The notes beneath the pieces are model-generated. The model was given only the letters and a program-made list of their open reading frames with translations, was not told the origin of the DNA and did not search any database. A stretch of DNA of 64,000 nucleotides from Chrysomallon squamiferum (lineage: Eukaryota > Animalia > Mollusca): NCBI GenBank assembly GCA_012295275.1, contig CM022671.1, positions 21,700,001 to 21,764,000 on the forward strand. Direction: 5' to 3'. The first letter of the stretch is position 1, and each line of letters opens with the position of its first letter. Positions 54,946 through 64,000 of the stretch are shown here, piece by piece. The position numbers were made by a program, and so were the translations under genes.

Positions 54946-55294
54946 TGACATGTAAATCTACATTCATGTGAAACAAGTTTTCTTATTGTTGTCTGCTATT
55001 TAAATATTTTATTTTTATTGCCATTTTTATATCTTTTAACATAAAATTATTCCAATAATAAAATTTAAGAAATAATATTACTTGAACATGATTATCCAGA
55101 ACTAACACTGAACTAATGAAACCAAAAGTCAATTTGATGACATGTAAATTTATATTCATGTGAAACAAGCTTTCTTATTGTTGTTTGTTATGTAAAATAT
55201 TTTATTCTGTTTGCCATTTTTATATCTTTTAACATATTTGTATTTAAATATATATATAAAATTATTCCAATAATAATATTTAAGAAATAGTATT
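54885..55294 (+). repeat. About 195-bp imperfect tandem duplication covering the last codons, stop and proximal 3'UTR of the NLR-like gene
   Basis: ACTTGAACACGATTATCCAGAACT...CCAAAAGTCAATTTGATGACATGTAAAT...AAATTATTCCAATAATAA recurs from about 55080 with substitutions and small indels. Confidence 0.9.
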
Positions 55295-56025
55295 TTTACA
55301 ATGGTGTATTTTTATATGGTCTATTGCAATTTATAACAAATTCTGATTAACAAATTTATATTATTTATGCATTTTTTATTTCTATACTTTTAATATCTAT
55401 CAATCTATATATATATTTTTTTTAAATGTATGTATCTTTAAATATGCAGGAAGTCAATTGTTTACAGAATAAACATTTTAATTATTACATATAAAGGCAC
55501 TCATTTATTTGTTACATAACAAAGTATTTTGTATGCATGTGATTATCAAAAATATTTATAATTGTTTGGAAAAGGATTGTTATTTTTTTAATGTGATAAT
55601 TTACACACTTTTATTTTTCACTTTCATTAAACATTCCTGAAATATATATTTATATATAGATGGATAGAAAGATATAGACATATTATGTCAATATGTTTAA
55701 TACTTTTTTACTTCTTTTTGAATTTTACCTAGAAAGTTTATTGTTGATAATATTTTCATTAAGCATTCCAGAAATATATATATATGTTAATTATATTTTG
55801 CTTATAATAAAAACAGAATTTAAAATTATTTTATGTTTTCTTATATGATTTTGTATTAAACAGGTAAAGAAAAAATAAAATTTTGTTTGTTTGTTGTTTT
55901 TTTGTTGTTTTTTTACCAGTTTAAAAAAAGTTTACAAAAATTAAAATTATATAAACAGTTTTGGGATACAAAAAATTAAGCTGTTAAGAATAGTTGTCTT
56001 GAGAATCAATCCTGGTCTGTGTAAC

Positions 56026-56374
56026 AATTGGTGTCGATTGGTCAATTCTATGAAATAAAATAGACGAATTTACCGTTTTTGGTGTTTTTACTGCGCTCCC
56101 CTAATAGACAGTACGTACACATATGTCAACTACATATAACAAGATTTTATTACACCTTTTTTGCGAAGTAATTGTTCGGCTCGGCTTAGTCTCGATCATC
56201 CTAGACTGAAATTGTCATAGAATGATAATCACAATACGATAATGTTTGGTGACTAGTATACAGAAGTAAATACAACTTACAAAACACATAGCGTTTTTGA
56301 GAAACAGCTTTTTAAAAGCAAAGTTTTTCTGATCCGTCTGTTCTGCCTGTTCATTTATACTCGTTAGATTCACA
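56026..56374 (+). promoter_or_regulatory. BOLA2 promoter / 5' region
   Basis: Locally CpG-enriched; two inverted CCAAT boxes (ATTGG at about 56027 and 56037) upstream of the BOLA2 ATG. Confidence 0.4.
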
Positions 56375-56947
56375 ATGTCTTCGATGCAAAAGATAATTGA
56401 AAATAAACTGAAAGAGAAGTTATCCGCAACACACCTGGTAATTTGCATTTTGATCGGTATTGAATTGATGTATTTTCTTAAGAATTAAAATACCCAACAG
56501 CTATGTTACTTATGTAATTCATTAACATGTCCCTTTTATGAAGTGTTATAGACTGTATTGTTGCAAGATTAAATAATAGTTTCACAATTTTGACGAAATG
56601 GTATTTTATAAAAATGAAAGCAAAAAGTATTTTTTTTCTATTATAATTAAGTTTATTAATTATTCTAAAAATATGATGCAATATTCCGAAAATAACAAAC
56701 ATGAAAAAAAAAATCAACGTTATGCTTTAATATTCCTTGGTTTTTTTTTTATTATTAGTATGAATATTATTATTATTTTTTTTATTTTTTTTTTAATAAT
56801 TTTTTAATAATTATTTTTGAATAAAATTTATTTCCAGGAGGTAATTGATGACTCTGATGGCTGTGGAGCAAAGTTTCAAATTGTTGTAGTGTCGGAACAG
56901 TTTGAAGGAAAACCACTGTTACAAAGGCACAGGTACAGCTCACGCTT

Positions 56948-56982
<35 letters not shown>

Positions 56983-57690
56983 TTGTTGTTGATATAGATT
57001 TTTGCTTTGTATAAGCATTCTAAATTAGATGCTGTTTCCTTATCTTCTTCACTGCTATTAATATGTGTACAACATATATTAAACCCAGTTTTCACATTCT
57101 GTTAATTAGGTTGTTATTTGGAATGATAACTGCAATATACTTAAATATTTGACAGCAAAATTGCCCAAGTTGAAAAGTGATTCATTTAAAAAAATGATAG
57201 GAATTGTGTGTTGGTATCAGATATTCTCACTCGTTTCAGAAAACAGTAACAGTAAAAATATAATTTGCAGTTGCAACAGATGAAAATGTGCTGTAACTGA
57301 TAAAGATGGCCAACAAGCATAAAGAAAATATTAACCAAAATTTACCTTTTTGTAATGTAATAAAAAAATAAAAAAGAGAAAACAAAAATGGATGAAAACA
57401 AAAGAAATTGGTATTAGAAGATACTTTTAAGCTTTTAGAACATTTTTGAACAGTTTATGTTATTAAATTTTGATTGCTTAATTTGCCCCTTTTTATTCTT
57501 CTTGTTTCCTTTCTAGCTACAAGCAATAGTAGCCTTTGACTTAGTTATGTATTTAGTGTTATTTATTTAGTCAATTTTCTGACTTCTTAGGTTAGTCAAC
57601 ACAGTACTGGAAGAAGAACTGAAGACTATACATGCCATGCAGATGAAGACTTTAACACCCAAACAATGGCAGGAAAAACAAGCAAACTGA
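56375..57690 (+). CDS. BOLA2: BolA-like protein 2 (cytosolic Fe-S chaperone partner of GLRX3), 85 aa, exons 56375-56437, 56838-56932, 57591-57690
   Basis: Spliced product MSSMQKIIENKLKEKLSATHL-EVIDDSDGCGAKFQIVVVSEQFEGKPLLQRHR-LVNTVLEEELKTIHAMQMKTLTPKQWQEKQAN*; BolA motifs GCG, FEGKPLLQRHRLVN, IHA, TPxQW; no mitochondrial presequence; GT-AG junctions in phase. Confidence 0.93.
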
Positions 57691-59402
57691 TATTTTTATT
57701 TAATTCATTAGGAGATCTCTCTAGAACTAATAAAGAGCAAGGCCTCTATTAATATATAAGGATTTAATTATATGATGGTATTTGTGGCTGCTGCAAGAAA
57801 AGAAGCACTATTGCATTTTGCTGAGTACAGATGGAATATCATCGAGGAACATCAGTGGTTTCAGTCATCAGTCAGTGTGGATTATAGAATAGCAATCTGG
57901 TGCCTGTCAGAAACTCACAAAACAGCTAAATTTCAACATACTGTTTTTGATGACTAAGTTTTTTTCTTCAAATGTAAATGTTTGTTACAGTGTTAAGAAA
58001 ATAACTACAAATTATTTAATTTTTGTTAAAAGTCAAATGTCATGCTGTTGTCTAACAAAACAAACCACTTTTTAGTCAGTAATCTCTTGTCTAGTAACAA
58101 TTTGTTATAATTAAGGCCATATGGGGAACAACGGTTTCGTGAAAAAGTACTGTGGACAATAAACTTTAAAAATTCCTTGGAATATGAAGTTATAACTTAC
58201 TGTTGGACAGTTACAGAAAAACTGTTTCTTAAACATTACTATTGTTATATTATTTTTACATGTAAGTTTCATGGTCTGTATCCTTTTTATAAAATAAAAA
58301 GTTGCCAGCAAATAAACCTTTGACTGACCACACACACCTCAAAATTTTAACTGTCCACTAAATCAGAGAATGCATCACAATTCTTTATCAGTGTATGAAT
58401 ACATCATCATCCTTGAGAAAGGTTTGTTAATGCCATAATTTGATCTCACATCGCCATATTTGAATATGTAGATAAATTATTGTTTCTCATTTTAAATCTA
58501 ACTCGGAAGCTACATTCTTAAGTTATAAATAAACAAATAGCTTCATTATGTTATTGTAGTCCCACTTTTATACATTTTCATTAATAAAAATGTTTATAAT
58601 TAATATTCTGTCATGTTTATTTACTTCGTTATATTTGTTTCAAGTATTTCAAGCATAGTGTTAGTTTTTACTTTTTACTTTTTTTTTAATATATATCTGA
58701 AAACAAAGGACTGATATTAAATTACAGACATCTATAACAACACTAAATGTGAAGGCAGCACAACCATATAAATTCTATGAAATCAATAATTTATATGGAT
58801 ACTTTATAATTTGTTTAAAGCAGTAAAAAAACAACAATAACAACAAAATGGCCATTAGAGAACTGTACATCATTTGATGGAATAAATAAAAACAGAAGAC
58901 TAATTTAAAAATATAATTTATTGGAAAGTCTTGTGTGTTACATTATACCAATGCCATTAACAATTTATATATATAAAAAAATTATGTGATGTCTGAAACA
59001 CCATGTAAAAAACACTTCCAAATCTTAATCTCTCTAATGATTGATTAAAAATATTAACCTGATTCAGTAATTAAACAGTAATTTCTTAAGATATACAAGT
59101 TCTTGTCCAGTTGCTGATGCTAACGGAGAAAAGTATGTGGATAAGATAACTTGTTATATATAAAGTAAATAGAAAAAATATATATATTTTTTTTTTTTTT
59201 AAATAAATTACTTTATTTTGTCACAGAGTTGAATTTAAAATATGCAGAAATCAGTGATAATACTGTTTGGTAAACCATCAGTTATTAAAACAATCCTTTC
59301 CATTTCTAAATCACAAAACACAGCTTAATGCATGATTTGTTTTTTGTGCCTCTTTCAAATAAATTCAACAGTTCCATATATATATTTATCAGTTCATGTG
59401 TG

Positions 59403-59473
<71 letters not shown>

Positions 59474-59967
59474 CATACAAGTACAATCCCATACAATACA
59501 CAGTGAAACTATTTTTATTTGTTCATTTGATTAAAACTCTTCCACTGTTTGTATTATTTATCAACATTTAGAGAATTTACAGTTAACTTGTAACAAGATT
59601 GTCAGAATGGAATGCATTTTTTAGTGTAATATGGGATAAAAATACAGATGTAGGAGAAAAACAAAAAAACAAAACAAAACAACAAAAGTTGTATATCTTG
59701 CTTACAAAACAAATCTGTAACATCCAATAGACTATTGTACTTTTTATACTGTGGTGTCATTATACAAATATATAAACAATCAAAGAAAACCAATTCATGT
59801 CATTCTTTTAAATGAAAGATAAAATGCTGGATATTTGTGTTAGTCAAAAACTTCTCATTGTAGTATGAGGAATTTATATCTTTATGAATAAGATATCATT
59901 AATATTTTTCACTGTATGTTATTTTCCATTTTCCAAGTCACAAATGTGTTTATTGTGAGGGTTTTTT

Positions 59968-59998
<31 letters not shown>

Positions 59999-61759
59999 AC
60001 TGGCTATCTACACAAAAATTCCCCTGAAATTAATTTTGGTGCAGCTACATTAAAAATATACTCAATTATTACCCAGCATAGCCATTTAGAGTAATAATAA
60101 TTTATTTTATACTTATGTTAATCTGTGTCTTTATTAAGAAGGGGAAACTGTCACAGATATTAAAAGAAATCTCTTCACAAATATTTGTCTACACTAACTG
60201 CTAATCATGTGAGAACAGGACTAGAAAAAATATTTTAAAAACAGTATGGTATCTTTATTATGAATATCATGAAAATAAACAACAAAAATCATCTGTTTAA
60301 AGGCACAAACAGTAATAAAATAAGTAACCTAAAATATTTTGTATACTTAGATGCTTTCTAATAATAATGGGTGATAGGGTGGCAGTTATTACATATGTGT
60401 ATATATATATATAGTTATATATAAAATAATAATTTTAATAAATGTAGTATTTTATTGTTATATATGACCATTGTCTTAGTTAGGGTCCAGGAAAGACCCC
60501 AAACAAAACAATAATCATACGAATGTTTTTTGATTTACTTAATGAAATCACCAACACACTTTAACAATCACATCAAAAACTGTAAGAGAATTTTAAAAAT
60601 ATCCTATCTGATAACGAATATGAAATTGCACAAATTGAATGAAACTGTAAAAGGTAAATATCCTGAATTCAGAAACTGACAAAAAAAAAAAAAAAAAAAT
60701 AGTAGTAATAATAATAATAAAAATAATATTATTCTTTCATGATAACAAATAGGTTACAGTATCTTGTCAGTCTGTGAACTCTGGATACACACACACACAC
60801 ACACACACACACTTGATGGTTTAAAATAATTTAAAGTTTTATTAAGTAGTAAGCTCAATAAATGTTTGAAAACCCCCCCAAAAAAAAACATATAAATAAA
60901 TAAAAAAAAGGAAATGATTGTTTCCTTTAAATGTAATGAATCCAAAATGACTTTTGGTCAAATGTCATTTCATCTTGAAAATGGCGGATAATTTAAATGT
61001 CTTATTAGTAATAAGTATATTAAATTAAATGGAAAAGAAAAGAAACATTATATATTACCCATCTGAACCAGATTGAAAAGAAAATCTGAAAATATGTATG
61101 AACAAACTGCAGAAAAAATATATAAATAAATACAATTAATATAGCATGTAATACTTATTTCTGAAATTGAGATAGTGACGGATTTCAAAGTAGGTTTCAT
61201 ATTATAACTTTTTAAAAATCTAAGCAATTTGTGTTCTACAAATAAAAATACCTGAAAAATTATATATAAAGTTATAAAGTACATTTTATGACTTTTGTTT
61301 GTAAACAATATTTTATACATACTATAAAAAAAAAAGTATTAAATTGATAAATACAACTATCAAAACAACCCTCCATATAATAAAATAAGACAAAAATATT
61401 ATGAAAGATAAAGTCAAAAAACAAAAATATAAATATTTTTTTAAATTTAATTCTTTCTACTCCATGAATAGAACAAAATTTACTTTACAAATTTTAGTAT
61501 GAAATAGGAAACATTATTTTTTTCCATCTAAATATTAAATATTAAAATGACCCTTGTTAGTATTTTATTTTAGTGCCTACATACAAAAGATTGATACCTG
61601 AAAACATTTTACCCACGGAAACAGCTGAGCTGCTCAGCATTTCACAGCTGACGTTTTAGTAACAAAACAAATTATAAAAGAACACCATTTAAAAATAAGT
61701 AATTGCCCACAATTCATGTTTAACTGCACAAGTTAGTAGATCCATATATAAAATGTCGT

Positions 61760-61938
61760 TCATGATGTTGACGACGTATCCAGGTCGATCCAGATGTCTG
61801 GATTCTCCAGTGTTTCGGAGTTGGGGCGTGGTCGTTGACGTAGTTCTTCCATGGTTGATATTATAGTAGATCTTCTCTTGTTTTCTTCATTAATCCAGGT
61901 CTGTAGTAGTAGTAGTAGTAGTGATGATGATGATGATG

Positions 61939-61970
<32 letters not shown>

Positions 61971-61976
61971 GAAGAA

Positions 61977-62007
<31 letters not shown>

Positions 62008-62041
62008 AAGAAAAGTAAGAGTAATAATAATAATAAAAATG

Positions 62042-62075
<34 letters not shown>

Positions 62076-63544
62076 CAATAAAAATAACTGATAATGATAA
62101 GATAAAATATTAACAATAACAACAACTGATAATGATAATAGCAAAATAACATCAACAACAATGATAATAATAGCATATCAACAATAATAACAATGATAAT
62201 AGCATTAGTGTTAATATACATCACACAAACAACAACAATAATAATTTACTATATTTCTATAAACAAAAAAAAAAAAATATAAATATATATATATATATAT
62301 ATATACACAAACACATATGTGAGAGATGATCTACTACTAATTGTATCACAAATATTATTTGTCAACAAACAGTCTACCTTTTGGATGACTAATACAATTC
62401 ATATCAAAATGATTGATCAAGATCTTAAAAAATCATTATCTTAAAACAAAGAAGAGAAAAAAAACAAAAAAAACTAACAAAATTCAAATAATCTTTACAT
62501 TAATATAACTGCATATAAACAAGAGTAATAATAGCTTTACCTGGACCTCATCAGCATACATTAGTAAACTGTAGTCTTCTTTGCTTCTTATTTTTTCTCC
62601 TTTATATGTGTATGGAACCTGAGAATAAATAAATTAAATAAATAAATAAATAAATAAAATCCATGAAAAACAAAAATACAGTATAAACTCTTTTGCATAA
62701 TATTTTATATTATACATACAGGCAGAAAAAAACCTCCATTACAATGCATATTCCTAAAATAAATGTTTATTTTAGTTAAATAATTCATCAATGATGTACA
62801 ACCAGTTATGTGTGCAGTTCTTTTTAAAAACACTTTATAACCATGAAAAAACAAACACCCCCCAAAAAAAAAAAAAAAAAAAAGTCCATACAAATTCCTA
62901 AAACAATTTTGTTTAAAAATTCATGATCTATGTACATCAATAGTGGAAAATATACAATCCAGTTCTTTTTCAAAACAATTTATATTTACAGAAAATAAAC
63001 AAAATATACAACAGATAATCCTAAAGTAATAGTTTTAAATTCTGTCATATACTTTTTGTGTATGTTTATATATACATATATATATATATATCCACAGTGG
63101 AGAATATATACAAAAGATGTTTTTTTCAAAACAACTTATACTTACAGGCAGATTTCCCTGAGTTGCAATGTAATTTCCTGTGAGAACAGCATGTCTTCTC
63201 TCACACATTTCTTTTTCTTCCTCTGTCAGAGAAATTTCTTCTTTATATACACCATGATCTGTAAGATTTATTAAACTGTTTGTAATAAAGGCTACACTTA
63301 GTTGTTTATTTTTGTCAGCTGCTTTCAAAGATGAATATTTGTATCAAAGTGCAATAAAACAACTATGATTATAATTTGTTAAATGTTTAAATTAATGATT
63401 AATAATTAAAATTTAAAAATATACAAATGTCAATATAAAAATAATGGATTTACCTTCAATATCGTCAAGGTTCATTTTTCTTTCATATTGTATGCGGAAC
63501 AAAAAGGCTTCCAATACAAATGCAACAATAATATTCATTACTAC
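61760..63544 (-). CDS. TPCN1: Two-pore channel 1, last four coding exons (63544-63454, 63258-63146, 62618-62541, 61900-61760); gene continues beyond window end
   Basis: Minus-strand splice gives VVMNIIVAFVLEAFLFRIQYERKMNLDDIE-DHGVYKEEISL...GNLP-VPYTYKGEKIRSKEDYSLLMYADEVQ-TWINEENK...STS*, resembling TPC1 domain-II S6 (VVMTIIVAFILEAFVFR) and the tail motif RTKSDLSLKMYQEEIQEW as recalled. Phases are consistent. Confidence 0.85.
61903..62210. repeat. Compound trinucleotide microsatellite (GTA)(GAT)(AAT)(AAG)(AAT)(AAC)
   Basis: Direct reading; abuts the last TPC1 splice acceptor. Confidence 0.9.
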
Positions 63545-64000
63545 CTGTACAGACAGAAAATAATAAAATAAATAAAATATCAAATATGTATTTTGGTTAA
63601 AGATAAAACTTCAGAACATGTATCTGCAAATATGAAAAGATTCATAATATTGTTTTTCTTTTCTTTTCAAATAATGTTAACTGTCAATATATTTAACATT
63701 TTTTTCTTATTCATTCACAAGATTTTTGTGTTCTTAATATTCCTTCATCCCATCAGTATAAGATTATTTTCATTCATATGAATTTACAGCATAATAACTA
63801 TAATCCTGAAAAAAACATAAAATTAACAAAGTAAATAATAAAAATGAATGGAGGGTCTATTTAAAGGTTTGTCACTATTTCTTTTATGGATTTTAGCTGT
63901 ATTATTTAATGAATGCTGATTTGCTGACATCAGAGAATATTTTATACCAGCAACTGTTGGTCACATGTTTTTGTAAATGACAGAAATACACTCAGACCAT

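Noticed and set aside
57772-57957. 61-aa ORF downstream of BOLA2
   Set aside because: Lies in the presumed 3'UTR, with no homology or splice support.

Overview
Very AT-rich eukaryotic (animal) genomic DNA with short GT-AG introns and many microsatellites; gene content suggests an invertebrate, plausibly a gastropod mollusc (inference). There is no prokaryotic operon, CRISPR array, rRNA or tRNA. 1-41.6 kb (+): the last 61 coding exons of axonemal dynein heavy chain DNAH10 (tail/linker, AAA1-6, stalk, C-terminus), with one apparent frameshift in AAA1 and one GC-AG intron. 43.4-45.6 kb (+): a small gene missed by the ORF track (TATA box, non-coding exon 1, signal-peptide exon, basic body with KR sites, and an in-frame TAG followed by 57 more open codons). 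46.6-48.0 kb: a MITE-like relic and an internally deleted Tigger/pogo transposon with intact TIRs. 48.9-55.3 kb (+): an NLR-like gene (CARD-like domain + STAND/nSTAND3-type NTPase + about 18-20 ankyrin repeats) behind a CpG-rich promoter with NF-kB-type and ISRE-like motifs; this is the best candidate for an uncharacterised immune system here. 56.4-57.7 kb (+): BOLA2. 61.8-63.5 kb (-): last four coding exons of two-pore channel TPC1. All coordinates were read by hand and no database searches were run.
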